From: the human T2T-CHM13v2.0 reference genome, Homo sapiens
Assembly: GCF_009914755.1 (NCBI RefSeq)
Contig: NC_060942.1
Reading direction: 5' to 3' (one strand)
DNA length: 64,000 bases
The position numbers and the translations under genes are program-made. Below the pieces are notes generated by a model, which saw only the letters and a list, made by a program, of their open reading frames with translations, did no database searches and was not told the DNA's origin. Numbering within the stretch: the stretch's first letter is position 1; each line of letters starts with the position of its first letter. This document shows positions 15,049-30,880 of the stretch, piece after piece.

Positions 15049-15794
15049 AAAACCATGGAAATTCTAATTTAGGAGCACAGAAATAACTACACCCCTTGCC
15101 TAGTCAAGAAAAAGAAAAACAAAACAAAACAAACACAGTGGCAAGAAGAATGAGTTGAAAGTTCCATTTTGCAAACTTGGCACATTAATGCCCTTCAGAA
15201 AGATCAGAATTTGGCTTGGTCAGGGACAGGAAAAAAGGTCACAAACCAGGATTGTGCTGTGGGGAGGAAGAGTTCAATGGTTCCAAACCCCAAACTAAAA
15301 AGCAAAGTGAGAAGGTCTGGCGGGGCTGGCCTCAGGTCAGCCAGGAAGACCAGTCAGACACTGGGGCAGGGCGGAGGGGGTGGGAGGGGCTACTTAGGCA
15401 TTTGGAGTTGAGGAACACTCAAGAAAGCGTTCCTGAAACCAAAGAGACATCTTCCCTTGCTTGTCACAGGTGTTTGAAATACCAGTATTAAGGTTCCATT
15501 GAAAACAACAACACAAAAACAAAACCTCTGGGCACCTCCCTCTGAACTTGTAAAGAATTCAACCAGAGCAGACAGTCAGAGCCTACATTTTCATCCAGCC
15601 CCAATCCCACCTTGCCCTGGCAGATTCTGTCCTCCTCCAGCTTGTGACCCTCCACTGTCATTGTCTGAGCTCCTGACTCATGTGAGGGGCTTTAAGGTGG
15701 AGATTGCTTCTACTTCTACTTCTACTTCTTGCCCCACCCCCTCTGTGGGAGCAGTGATTTACACATAATATGCTCTTTTAAATAGTTAACAGTT

Positions 15795-16104
<310 letters not shown>

Positions 16105-16234
16105 TTAACTATTAATAGCTAATAGTTTTTGAATTAAACAAATACACAGGGAGCTCTTTTCCTTAAGATTACCTGATTTTAAACTATATTTTATGCACAC
16201 ATACATGCAGGACAGTTTCAAGTGTAGAGAGCTG

Positions 16235-16410
16235 AACTTGAAGTTGCAAGTTGGTTCTGGACCCTGACCTGTCACTTAGAAGCTGGGGAACCTTTGCATC
16301 TCTCAGGTTATTTGATTTCCCATCCATTAAGTGGACACCTGTCTGGGTTATCTCACAGATTTGTGCAGAAGAGGATCAAATGAGATGAGTGAAAAGTGCT
16401 TTTAAACTCA
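16235..16410 (+). mobile_element. MIR fragment
   Basis: tttcccatccattaagtgga..ctcacagatttgtgcagaagaggatcaaatgagatga..aaagtgct. Confidence 0.55.
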
Positions 16411-18379
16411 GGAATGGTATGAACATCAGAATGCTTCTTCAGACATGATTTCTCTCCATGGCTCCCTTTCATGTATATTCTTGGCTGTTTAACTTTGATC
16501 TGGCCATTGGATGACAAATGCTTAAGATAGAGATACTCCTGCCCTGTCCTTGAGAAACGAAATCAACTTTCTTTAAAGCTCTTTAGGGAAATAGTCTGTA
16601 TGTAATGGTGATCTAGTCACAGAGCTCTGGATGTCTGATAATAAAATTAACAGACTTATATAAAAGTGGGAGCAGAGGTCCTGCAGCGCTGACATCATCC
16701 AACGGTAGCCCTTCCTATGTGGACCCTTTCAGAATGAGGCAAATAATTATTAAGTCTTAAGAGGTTTAAAGTGTCACTCTTGCTAAACCACATCTTTCTT
16801 GCACTCTAGATGTGCAGCTGATTTTTCAGACCAAGGTACAGGACCTTATATTTATCACTGTTTAACTTTACTAAATCTCACCCTTTGGGAAATATGGAAA
16901 AGTATGGGCTAGATGCAACGACAGCTAAATTTAGTGGTGACAGTTTTGGGGCAGAGCAGGTTAAAACCAGAGCCCAGAGGAATGCCTCTAGAACTCCATC
17001 TCCAGGTGGTGATGCTTCCGTTAATCAAGTTCTTTTGCACAAATGTTCTTATGTGTTCATAGTGTCCAAAACCTTGCAGAAACTCAGTTGTACCACCTAC
17101 TGTATAGTCCTATTTCCCACCCCAAAAACTCTACTAAGGAAGGAAATAGGGGTAGAGTTTCCATGCAGGGTCTGTGACCACGTCTTCCTTTACACTCAAT
17201 GTCTACAAACCATGACCTTAATAATCTGAATTGACATGAAACTGAGACTGTTTCTATTCTTCAGACACTGTCCCCTTCTCCAAGATCCTCAGAAGTGATA
17301 GTTTGGGCTGATTCTTCTTGTTTACTAATCCACTCATTTTCCCAGGATATGGCCAGATTATCCAGGCTAAGAGAATTGAGGCACTGGGACCAAGCTCATC
17401 ACTTTCAGACACACTCTTCTCTCATCCTGACTGCCTAGCCTCACACAAGTTTGTTCTGCCTTTGCAGTCTGAGGCTTGCTCTCCTTGATGGAGAAAATAG
17501 AAGCACACCAGGAAGGAGTTAGGCAGTCTATTTACTTAATGTCATTCCCAGCTTATTATTTTTAGCTTCAAACACCTTGTGGCAATAATTCTGCAGTATC
17601 CCTCACTGATACTTGTTTTCTGCAAGAAACACAGAATTATGTACTCTCAGATAACCTGTGAGGGGAATAAAGACTGCCTTTAGCCTCCTTCCACTGCCTG
17701 TGTTAGGAGTGGTACCTTCCCTTCCAAGTGCCTTGTCTCTGTAGGGTTTTCTATCCCACCTTTCAGGGTCCTGCCTGAAACACACTGATGCTATTTTAAC
17801 AGTGGGACCTTGGTAATAAAGCTAGAGGTGGAGTAGCAGGAAACTGACATTCTCTTTAGCATTGTAATGTCCAGGAAATAAGTTAGCAGGGGATTCACAT
17901 TGGCAGGATGAAAGATCTGTTTATCCATCTCTCTCCTTAAGGTTAGATCATGATGAACGTCTGTTACCTCTCTCCTCTCCCCTTCACTCCTCCCCACTGC
18001 TGACGATTCCAGGACCTGACGTTTCTCTACCCCTGCAAGGGGGTGACCATTTGGAACCCCTGAAAGTCCAGAAAAAACACCCTGAATTTATCAAACAGTT
18101 TGGGAGGTCAAATTGAACGGAATGGATAATCCAATCCCTAAATTCCACTGTCCTGGGAATGCTGTGTGTGTTGTAATATGACATTCAAAGGAGGAATGAA
18201 GGACTGCTCACATGTACTTTCTTCTGCGATCCCATTTTAACGATAAGGAGCCTGGAGCTAGCAGCACACCTGGGCTGCATTCTTTCTCTGGCAGCATGCA
18301 AACTCATTTTTACCAAGGTGCCAACTGATTGCTAAGGTGATACCTCTGAGAGCCAACTGCATTTTATAATATCAATATC

Positions 18380-19260
18380 CACAAATATGTATTGGCCTTC
18401 TGCCACACTCACAGCATTTTCATTGACACTGGGGCTACAGCATTGAACAAGACTGTACCTGCCTTCATGGGTCTCAGATTTTAGTGGGAGTCAGATATTG
18501 AGCAATTAATCACATAAATTTGAAATAATAAGAGTAATATGTACTATAAAAGAGGAGCCCTAGGTGCTTAGGAGGCCCACATAGGGGAACTTAACTGATC
18601 CTGGAAGAGTCACTTTAAGAAGTGACATTTCATCTGAGCTCTGAAAATGAGTGGGTCTGGGTAAGTGCAGAGGAGGAGGCAAAATGTTCCAGAAAGAGAT
18701 GAGCATGTATATGACTGTCCTGAGGTAGGGAGAACAGAGAGACTCTTCCACGACTGGAGTGAAGTGGGTCAGATGGGGTGGCTGGAGAGGTGGGCAGGAG
18801 CCAGGCCACACACAGTCTCCATATCCTGGACCAGTTCAACCCTTGAGGATTTTATTCCAAGAGCAATAGGAAGCCAACTGCAGGCTTTAAACAGGGGAGC
18901 AAAGTAATTAGATGTGCATTTTAAAAATGCAAACAGATAGAATATGGAAAATTGACTGAAAAGGATTAATATGAGAAAGCAGGTGGTCAGGTCAGTCCAT
19001 TATAGTAGTTCAGATAAAGATGATGGCATATTGAACTAAGGTGGTGACAGTGATGATGAAGAGACGTTAATGGACTTGAAAGCCATTTACGAAGTCAAAC
19101 ATCCAGACATGGGGATTAATTGGATATGGTGTAAGGGAACTGTTCACAGTGGTATGTAGAAATGCCCTTTGCTGTTGTAAGGATGGTGGAGGAGGTAAGG
19201 TGGAAAAAAATCAGGGTTGTGTTTTGGAGATGTTGCATTTAAGGGACATTGGAAACAACC
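18380..19260 (-). mobile_element. L2 fragment
   Basis: Antisense L2 motifs (ctgccttcatgggtctcagattttagtggga; gaagccaactgcaggctttaaacagggg; ttcagataaagatgatggcatattgaactaaggtggtgacagtg). Confidence 0.75.
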
Positions 19261-19759
19261 ATGTACTTCATGTGACAATCTAAACCTGCCACTGGGACCC
19301 ATGGCAAATTCCATCCAGAAATAGGCCTGCAATTATAGACCAGGTTATATAATCACCCTGGCAGAACTGGAATTACTGAGGTGTGTATCTAAAGGCAAAA
19401 AATGATTTACTGGGAGAAGTTGCAAAATGACTTCATTAAACTGTATCAAAGTAAAGCTCCATATTACTGCTTAAAAATCCATTTTGCCATTTTTTTTTTT
19501 TTTTTTTTTTTTTTTGCTGGATATAGACTTCTTTGTTGACAGGGTTTTCTTCCTCTCAGCAGTTTGAATATTATCCCACTGTCTTTTGGCCCATATGGAT
19601 TCTGATGAGAAATCAGTTGTTGATCTTATTGAGGATTCCTTGTATGTGTCAAGTTGCTTTTCTTTTACTACTTTCAGAATTCCCTTTTTTTCTTTGTCTT
19701 CCAACAGTTTGATAATATATCTCAGCGTGATTCTCTTTATTTATTTGGGGTTTGCTTAG

Positions 19760-20125
<366 letters not shown>

Positions 20126-20918
20126 TAAAATATTCTTTCTCCTTTCTATTCTCTTTTTCTGCACCTCCCATTATACATTCACTGGAACTCTCAATGGTTT
20201 CCCACAGATCTCTTAGTTTTGTTCATTTTCCTTCCTTCTTTTTTTTTTGTCTTGCTGCTCAGATTGGGCAATCTCACTTCATCTATCTTCAAATTCACTG
20301 ATTCTTTCTTTTGTCAATTCACATCTGCTGTGGAACACATCTAGCAAATTTTTTCATTTCGATTATTGTACTTTTCAACTCTGGACTTTGTATTTGGTTT
20401 CTTCTTTATTGATATTCTCTATTTGGTGAGACATCATTCTCATAATGCCCTTTAATTCTGTATACATGGTTACCTTTACCTTTTTGAGCATATTTAAAGT
20501 AGTTGATTTTTGTCAGATAAGTCCAATATCTGGGCTTCCTTGGGCACAGTTTCTATTAATTTCTTTTTTTACTATGTATGGGCCATACTTCGTTGTGGGT
20601 ATTTTTTGCATCCTTCATGATTTTTTGTTGAAAACTAGACACTTTGAAGGTTATAATGTGGCAACTCTGGAAATCAGATTCTCCTCCCTCTTCAGAGTTT
20701 GTTGTTATGTTAATGCTGGTGGTTTCTGTTTGTTTGGTGACTTTTCTGAACTAATTTTGTAACATTTGTGTTCTTTGTCACATGTGGCCACTGAAGTCTC
20801 TCTGTTTAGCTTAATAATCAGATAGTGGTTTGACAGAGAGTGCATGAAATGCCTGCAGCCAAAACCAGAGAAAATCTCCCAGCCTTTGCAGATGGGCTGT
20901 GTGTTTCTTTTTCTCTCC

Positions 20919-21083
20919 GTGTGTGTGTGTGTGTGTGTGTGGTGGGGTGTGTGTGTATGTGTGTGGTGTGTGTGTGTGTGTGTATGTGTGTGGTGTGGTG
21001 TGGGGGTGTGTGTTGGGGTGTGTGTATGTGTGTGGTGTGTGTGTGTGTATGTGTGTGGTGTGGTGTGTGTGTGTGTGTGTGTT
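20919..21083. repeat. Complex (TG)n microsatellite with TGG/GGGG/TA interruptions
   Basis: ~165 bp of nearly pure T/G. It generates the His-Thr and Cys-Val ORFs. Confidence 0.97.
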
Positions 21084-21762
21084 GGGCATATCTTCAACAC
21101 TCTGCTGGGCATTTTACAACTTTGTTTTAGTCTTTACTTCCTGCTTGTGCAGAGCCTGAAGGTCGGCCAGAGGTGAAAGCTTAGAGCCTTTCAGGTTTCT
21201 CCTGAGCATACGCACTGCCCTGGACATATGCATGGCCTCTAGATTCTCAGGAATAGGTGGTAGCTTTTCACAGCCCCATTCTCACTCCCCACCCTCTTCT
21301 CCCAAGCTTTCTGATATGTCTATTATTTGCCCCAACTGTTATCCCTTGTCCTGGCAGCAGCGGTGAACACATTTGCCTTAAACTGTTTCTGACAAATGCT
21401 CCCCCAGGTAGCTGCCTCTCTGCTCTTTGAAACTTCTGAATTAAGAAAAAGAAAGGAAAGTCCTTTCCACCAGTTCTTCAAGGACCCACCAGACAGGTCA
21501 CACCAAGCACCCACAATTCTTTGAGAACAAAGTACACTCCATTTTGTCTGGTACCAGGAACCCACACTTAGAATGCAGGCTGCCATCTTTAAGACAGCTG
21601 TTGCTTCTGGGAGGAGGGGATGGGGGAAGGTTAAGTTAAAATGCTGAAAGTTGTTTTACCAATATTCAGCCTCCTTTTTCTTGATTAAGCATCAGTCTGG
21701 TTGTTGTAAACCTTTGACTAGTTTCCAGAGTTCCAATAAAATTGATTCTGACAGTTTTTAAA

Positions 21763-22084
<322 letters not shown>

Positions 22085-22650
22085 TTATTCACTGTTTTTG
22101 TGAAGAGTTCATCTCTTGGAGTTCTCTACTCCACCATTTTCATAGTCATCTTGCAGTGTGTGTATGCCTAAAAGAATTACAGGCTTTGAGTGCTGGCAGA
22201 ATTCGTGATGGTTGGTGACAGAGTCAGAGAAGCTAGATACTGTCATTAGCTAGCTTAAGGTCTGGCAATGCCCATGTGGTGAGACTAGGAGACAGAGATG
22301 GGTAGATCCACTGAATACAGACATAATGAATGGGGTGAAGAAGGTGAAGACAGGAAGATCCAACTTTGATCAATATTTCCCCTCATTTCTTCCTCACATT
22401 ATCTGCTTTTCTAAATAATAACTGTTAAATATTACGTGGCTAACTCCATGCCACATATTTAGGCACTACTTAGGAGACAAAAGAAAGAGCAAACCACATA
22501 TGTGCCCACAAGAGAGGTTTAATTTTGCTCATGAGATGGCATTTGCCTTAAACAGTCCCAGAATTAATGCAGGGAAGGTAGACGCAGGTTGCTGTAATGT
22601 GGTTGACATTAGGATTTGTAAGTACTTCTTTAGGATTTGTAAGGACTAGA

Positions 22651-22853
22651 CATGTGCTGTCCAATATGGGAACTACTATCCACATGTGACATTTTAAATG
22701 GAAATTTAGATTAGTTAAAATGAAGTAAAATTTAAAATTCAGTTTCTCAGTCACACTAGCCACATTTCAAGTGTTCAAATGCTACTTGTGTCTAATGGCT
22801 ACTGAACTGAATAACACAGCTTTCATTGCAGAAAGTTGTATTGGACAGCGCTG
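22651..22853. mobile_element. MER3 hAT-Charlie MITE
   Basis: Inverted ends gctgtccaata / tattggacagcgctg. Internal aaaattcagtttctcagtcacactagccacatttcaagtg. Confidence 0.88.
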
Positions 22854-24421
22854 GGCTAGAAAGTGGAAAACCAACTCAGAATGCAACTTACTCATTTTGA
22901 GAAATCTCCAACTCCTTGAAAATAATCACATATTGCAGCCATGAACAATGAGAGGCTAGTATTAAAGGTATGTTCCTTTAGGTCAGAGATTATGTCTTCA
23001 TAGCTTTCTGAAGTAGATTCCTTCAAGGTCTTTCTCAAAATTCACATGAGAAATAGAAAGAGACATGTTAACTGGGAAAGAACTCCCGAGGGTGAAGGCC
23101 AGGCCCGCATGCTGGCTCAGTAACAGTGCCTCAGCTATCAAAGGGGAAGGGTGATTCTGAGGTTTTCAGGATGTTCATCAGATTTTTCCTCTCAAGCCCC
23201 ATAAATTCATAACTAAGTCTTAGAGAAGAAGGCTTACATGGGTAAAATGGAGAGAAATCTTCTCACTCCCCATATCTCTGTGGTATGCTGGGATACATGA
23301 CATGGTACTTTGGTTCCCACACATCAGAGTGAACTCCATTTGGGATTCAATCTCTCCCTTTGGCTTGAATTCAGCAAGGCTTCCATTTAGCTCCAGAATC
23401 AGGGGTAGGCAAAGCACAACTGCTGGCTCTGGCCGTGCCCATTCAGTAATAGCTCCTGTACAGGCATCATCCCTGCGCATAAGCTTGGAGCTCTGTATGA
23501 ATGGAGTTCATGGGGCTGGGCAGGTGGCAGCAGCAAGGGCAGCCCTCTGAGACAGGTGCAGGCACCCAGTGTTGCCATCTCACTGAAGCTCTCTGCAGCT
23601 GCATCCAATCACTAATGAATAGGCCCATTGTGTTCTTATTTTCAATGACTATATTTCATTTCTGAAAGTTTGATTGGTCTCAAATCTGCCTATACATTTT
23701 CTAAATTGAGGTGTATGTTACATTTAAAAATACATAGTTTTTAAAATGTGCAGTTTGATGAGTTGGTGCACCTATGCAATCACTGCCTCAGTCAAGATAC
23801 ACAACATTTCCATCACCCAAGTAGGTTTCCTCCTGTCCTCTCCCAGTCAATCCTTCACACTCTCAACCCAGACAAAGAGCCATTGGTCTTATTTCTATCC
23901 TAATAGTTTGGTTTTGCCTCTTCTAGGACGTCATATAAATGGAAACACAGTATGTACACTTTTGTGTCTGGATTGCTTTGCTCGGCATAAGTTTTTGAAA
24001 TTTCTTAATGCTGTTTCATTGTAGTATTTCTGTTGAGTTGTTTTCCATGGTTTGAATATACAACAATATGCTTATTCACTTGATGGTGAACAGTTGAGTT
24101 ACTTCCAGTTTTTGTCTATTATGAATAACACCGCTATGAACATTTTCCTACATGTTTGTGGAAACATGTGTTTTGTGGACACATGTTTTTATTTCTCTTG
24201 GGAAAATATCTAGGAGTAAAGTTGCTGACTCACAGGGTTGGAGAATGTTTAACTCTTTAAGAAACACTAAATGTTTTCCCAAAGTGCTTGTATCATATTC
24301 TACCCCCTGTACCTTATGTGAGAAACCCTACTGCTACATGTCCTCGCTAACACTTGATATTGTCCAGCTTTTTAGTTTTTGCAATTCTGGTGGGTATGTA
24401 ATGCTATTTCATTTTGGTTTT

Positions 24422-24734
<313 letters not shown>

Positions 24735-25274
24735 TCATTTTGGTTTTAACTTGCATTTCCCTAGTGACAAATAATGTTGAGCATCTTTTCATATGCTTAT
24801 TCATATACTACTTTTATCAAGTTTCTCATCAAGTCTTCTGTCCATTTTTTATTAGATTGTCTTTTTATTAATGAGTTATGAGAGTTCTCTACTCTCTAGA
24901 CAAGTCTTTTTCAGGCATAAATGACAAATATTTTCTCTCAGTTTGTGGTTTGAATACTTATTTCTTAATCATGCAATCAGATGAGCAGAAATATTTGATT
25001 TTGCTGAAATCCAATTTACCTGCTTTTCTTTTATAGTTAGTGTGTTTTGTGTCTTGAAAACTTTTTGCCTAACCTAAGATGATGAAGGAGGCTCCTATTT
25101 TTTTCTAGAAGCTTTAAAGTTTTTGCTTTTACAATCTTTCTCATGTTAATGTTTGTGTATAGTATAAGGTATGAATCAAGATTAATTTTTAAATACAAAT
25201 ATTAAGTTATTCTGGCACCAACTATTAAAAAACACTTTATTCCCCCCTATTGAATTACCTTGGGACCTTTGTCA

Positions 25275-25646
<372 letters not shown>

Positions 25647-26379
25647 TTACACTGATCTATTTTATTTTCCTTATGCCAATATCACATTATTTGGATTACT
25701 AAGGCTTTATAATAAGTCTTAAAAGATAGTATAAATCCTCCAACTTTGTTCTTTTTTTTTCAGAATTGTTTTGATTGTTGTAGGTACTTTGCATTTCCAT
25801 ATAAACTTTATGACCAACGTTTCAATTCCAACAAAAATATCTAATGAATTTTGGTTGGGATTATATGAATCTGCAGATCAATTTGGTGAGAACTGACATC
25901 TTAACAATATCAGGTCTTCCAATCAACAGTCATGGTATATCTCTCTATTTATTTATCAGTACTTTAAAGTTTTTAGTGTTAGGTATTCATTGGGCCAATA
26001 TCTAGGAGTGAAATTACTTTACCTTTAGTGTAAAGGTCATGCACATTTTTTGTTAAGCTAATTCCTAAGTATTTTGTGCTTTTTGACGATATTGTAAATA
26101 ATACTTTTGAGAAATTACATTCTCCAATTGCTTGTTATTACTACATAGAAATACAGCTGAGATTTTATATTGATCTTGTATTCTATAAAAGTAACTTTTA
26201 GTATGTCTTGAAGGTTTTGTAGATGGCTTTGGATTCTCTGTCTACACTGTCATGAGTGTAGATTAAAAAATGCCTCTTCTTTTAGTTGTGTCTCTGCTTC
26301 TAAAATGGAGAGTTACCTTTCCAGACATATATTTCTATAAAGTTATTCTTGGAAATGTAGAAGCCTTACCCTGTTCTGC

Positions 26380-26820
26380 TCCTTGTTCTTCTTTAATTTA
26401 ACACATCTTGGAAATATTTCCATATCAGTACAGAAAACTTCTCCTCATTACTTTTTTTTAAAAGTTACATCCTCCATTGGGCAGATGTATCCATTTATTT
26501 ACCCAGTGCATTTTGAATGGACGTAGGTCATTTCCAATCTTTTGTTATCACAAACTAGGCTGCAAGGAGCCCCTTTGATAAACATTATGTCGTATGTGTG
26601 CAGGATTAACTTTAGATAAATTCCGAGAAGTGAAATTACTGGGGCAAAACATACAGGCATATGTAATTTTGGCAGATATTGCCACATTTTATTTCACAGA
26701 CTTGTACTACTTTGTACTCTCTCAGCAAAAGGGGGTAACTTTTCCCACAGCCTTCTTGATAAGGGCTTGTCAAACATTTGGCTATCTCTCACATCAAAAG
26801 GTGAGAAATGGTGTCTTGGC
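26380..26820 (-). mobile_element. L1ME-type fragment
   Basis: ggaaatatttccatatcagtaca..gataaattccgagaagtgaaattactggggcaaa. Very diverged. Confidence 0.55.
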
Positions 26821-27310
26821 ATCAACTGCTGAGGAGTTACTTGGAAAGTGGGCCCACAACTGCAGAACGATGGATGTCCTTTTGAAGGGGTTCAGTACTG
26901 CCTGGGCCACAAGTGTCTGTCTTCCCACTTGCCATCCAAGAAGGCCTCCCTTCCACAGCCAGCACAGCCCCTCTGACCATCCAGTGGGAATGCTCTGTGC
27001 CATCTGATCCCTGAGACTGCGGAGGCCTGATTTGACTTAGCTCACACCATCACCCACCCCACACCCCTTTTTAACCACGTGCCAAGATGGAGGTGTGGAG
27101 TCAAAGGGAAAGGCGCCTCCCTGCTGCACTCACACCTACACTTGTGTGGGACTCACAAGAACCAGCTTGAAACCTCCTTTTAGCTCAGGAGAATAATAAA
27201 CACCCCTAGTATTGCCTAGAGGTGGACAGATTAAGGGGTGAACAGAGGATTGAAGACCTGCATCAAACGCAAGCGTATTAAAACCTCTCCAAAAAATTGA
27301 GAGTATGATA

Positions 27311-27531
27311 CCCAGCCTGGGCAACATGGTGAAACCTCGTCACTACAAAAATAACAAAAAATTAGCCAGGCATGGTGGTGTGCACCTGTAGTCCCAGCTC
27401 CTTGGAAGGTTAAGGTGGGAGAATCACTTGGGCCTGGGAGGTAAAGGCTGCAGTGAGCCATCCATGATCACACCACTGCACTTCAGCCTGGGTGACAGAG
27501 CGAGACCTTGTCTCAAAAAAAAAAAAAAAAA
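27311..27531 (+). mobile_element. 5'-truncated AluJ
   Basis: Begins at ccagcctgggcaacatgg and has poly(A). Degenerate TSD gagagtatgatac / aagagttaatgacac. Confidence 0.93.
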
Positions 27532-27959
27532 GAGTTAATGACACTTAAATCAACATCTCTCCACATTGAGTATGCCCATTTCCTAACTATTAGGAGCTAT
27601 GGAGGAGGATGTCCAGGGGAAAAAGAGGACAAAGATATTGCCATCACTTACTTTCAGCTTGCAATTATTTTTCCAATATGCTGAACTTGCAAATGCAAAG
27701 GCTATGAAGGAATTTCCTCAAATCTCTTATTTCAAATGCCCCTCGCCCAACCCCCTCCCAGAAAGCACTGTTAGGTGTTTTTAAGTCCCTTGTCTTCTAA
27801 GTCCCCTTTCTCAGGTTCCTGCCTGCTGTTCCCACTGTCTACAGCTACACAACACACACTTGATGCTCTGGGACTGCCTCAGGCTGCTGTTTACCTGTGG
27901 TTTGTAGAGTTGATACAGTGGCCCAAAGACAGACACACTGTCTGTATGAGCACCCTCCC

Positions 27960-28500
27960 CTGCATGAGCACACAGGCTTAGCCTCTGAGGCATTTCAAAC
28001 CCCTTTCTAGGTTGCAATCAAAAGCTAAGTTTTTCTCTAACCTTGATTTCCATCATCCCCCTACATAAAGCCTTTCCTAGAGTAAGGTTATCCCTTTGCT
28101 GCCAGCATACACTACATTCACCACATCCATTCCTGCCTCCTGGTCTTCGCTCATGCTGCTCCCAACTCCCTCTCTGCTGACTGTTCAATGTATGTGCATC
28201 CTTCAAGATCGAGGTCAGCTTGCATCGCCTCCATGAAAGCTTCCCTGACCCTCTAGTCCCCAAACCATCTCTCCCTCTTTCTACTCCTAGCACTTTCGTT
28301 AGGGCCTTCACCTGTCACTTATCTCCTGCCTGTGACATCATTCGGCTCTGTCAAATGATTTAACTTCTCTTCCCTAGCGGCTTGTAAGTAACTTCAGGGC
28401 AAAACCTACAGATGATAGTTCACTGGGTTATTTTCACCACTGTGTCTAGAATTTACTATGTGCATAGCAGTGTCCAGTAAACACGTGTTCATTGAATAAG
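27960..28500 (+). mobile_element. L2 3' fragment
   Basis: tccttcaagatcgaggtcagcttgcatcgcctccatgaaagcttccctgacc..cagtaaacacgtgttcattgaataa. Confidence 0.7.
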
Positions 28501-29063
28501 CAACTTTAACTCTTGCTCTTCTCCAGACTTGGTAACCATTGTAGTGAACACAGAAGGTCATTGCTTTGCACATTAGTTTTAACTCCAAGCAGGGCTTTTA
28601 TCCCTGTTTTCTCACCCATGAGGCCTCAGAATATACTCAATTCATTCATGTTCAACCAGCATCGGGGCCCATTTGCTCTTTTTCATTAACCCACTAACTT
28701 ATCACCCTTTTGGTAATCGGGGCTCAAGGACAGCTGTTTCACCAGCCCCTCTGGAAAGACCCCCTGCTCTCAGCAGCAATGTTCCAGGGTCCAGGCTCAC
28801 TCTCCCTGGCTTCTCCTCTCAGAGGAGCTGAATATCAAGCTGTCAAGTGGGGCAGCCTTGTTCCCCAAGCACACCTGCCCTTCTCAGATGAGGCCTGCTG
28901 CCCCTACCCTAAATGTTCACACAATTTAAGTAGCCATTTCAACAGATAACCATGTCAAGAAAGACTCCCTTTGAACATTCCCATTTGTCTTTTCTCTTTC
29001 CTTTATACAGAAACTATCACTTACTCTTCCTTTAGGCCAAATTTTTCAGGAATCAAATTTTCA

Positions 29064-29387
<324 letters not shown>

Positions 29388-29438
29388 TTAGGAATGTTGG
29401 AGCAATCCATTTGCTGAAATAAATTGAAAGCAGTACCC

Positions 29439-30335
29439 TAAGTAAAGAAAATCACTTTCTGACAGGTCCAGGATCCCCAGGTTATCTAGGGACCTCAAGA
29501 GGAGAGAGATTTACTCAACTCATAGGTATTTGAGGGTACAAACCCATGGCTGGGCTCAGCTTTTTAAAAAGTCCTCTGAGATTCCTTATGAAACAGAGTT
29601 CCATCAAAGGCAATTTTAAAAGCCTATGTGAAAAATAATTATTGTTGCTGCACTTCATACAAATAATCAGGCCAAGTATAATAAAGCAAATTGGTCTTGC
29701 CATGATTTGTCTTAAGTAAAAATGGAAGACTGGAGAGAGAAAAAGTATGCTTCAAAAACTATGGTACATGTGTTATTAGATTCTAGTCTTATCAGCTGTT
29801 TTTGAGGTTTTCTTCTGCAATTTAGACTCACCTTGCTTATTCCTGTGAACCTCAGTGATCTCTGACTGCTGCTCAGAAGAAACAAGAGGGATAGGTAATG
29901 TAAAAATCTAGATCGATATTCTAATTCTGGGCACGTAGTGGAATCAGCCAGCAACCCCATATCAGCTTGGTTCCAACAGTTGCCCAGTTCATGGAAAGCC
30001 TTCTTATTTAGTTTACTTGGGATAGTTTTACTTATTTTACTTTACTGTTGTGAAATATATTTGCTATTCTACTCTTTGTGTAGGAGTGCAGGATAAGCTT
30101 ACTCAACGTTTTCTTAAATTGAATACTTATTGATCTGCCAGATATCACCTTTTGTTAGGACTCAAAGTTATAAATGGCCTCACCATATAGATGCTTTCTG
30201 ACTGAGCTCCTCTCTACTCTGAATACAAGAGACCCTAATAGTTAGGCAGGAATATCATCGCCCTATTCAGCCTGAAGAAGTTACAGAATATGGATCTTTG
30301 TTCCTCTACAATCCTTGTAAAAGGGAGGGGGAAAA
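29439..30335 (+). mobile_element. ERV1 internal 3' segment (MER41-int/MER4-group)
   Basis: Matches recalled MER4-group internal sequence. Ends in a polypurine tract AAAAGGGAGGGGGAAAA (30319-30335) abutting the LTR TG. Confidence 0.8.
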
Positions 30336-30880
30336 TGTCAGAGGCATTTAAACCAGAGCGACTCCATCTTGAATAGGGGCTGGGTAAAATAAGGCTGAGA
30401 CCTACTGGGCTGCATTCCCAGGAGGTTAGGCATTCTTAGTCATAGCATGACATAAGAGGCCAGCACAAGATACAGGTCATAAAGACCTTACTGATAAAAC
30501 AGGTTGCAGCAAAGAAGCCGGCCAAAACCCACCAAAACCAAGATGGCAATGAGAGTGAGCTCTGGTCATCCTCACTGTTCATTATACGCTAATTATAATG
30601 TATTAGCATGCTAGAAGGCACTCCTACCAGTGCCATGACTGTTTACAAATGCCATGGCAACATCAGGAAGTTGCCCTATATGGTCTAAAAAGGGAAGGAG
30701 CCCTCGGTTCTGGGAATTGACCACCCCTTTCCCAGAAAACTCATGAATAATCCACTCCTTTAGCATGTAATCAAGAAGTAACAATAAGTATAAGCATCAG
30801 AGTGGTCCATGCAGCTGCTCTGCCTATGGAGTAGCCATTCTTTATTCCTTTACTTTCTTAATAAACTTGCTTTTACTTTG
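30336..30880 (+). mobile_element. MER41B LTR (U3-R only, U5 absent)
   Basis: Starts TGTCAGAGGC..ccagagcgactccatcttgaataggggctggg. Has the B-type segments (cattatacgctaattataatg and the GAS-containing block). Stops 15 nt after AATAAA (30860-30865). Confidence 0.9.
30708..30737. promoter_or_regulatory. Tandem GAS (STAT) motifs in MER41B
   Basis: TTCTGGGAA (30708-30716) and TTCCCAGAA (30729-30737), both TTCNNNGAA. Activity not shown. Confidence 0.6.

Noticed and set aside
19490-19515. Long poly(T) as a possible retrocopy tail
   Set aside because: It lies at the edge of an old L1 ORF1 segment, and I found no TSD or poly(A) signal. It is likely a slippage expansion.
19471-19704. ORF with real protein similarity
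   Set aside because: It is a short, broken L1 ORF1p relic rather than a gene. Reported as a mobile element.
20705-21176. His-Thr and Cys-Val rich ORFs
   Set aside because: They are translations of the (TG)n microsatellite.
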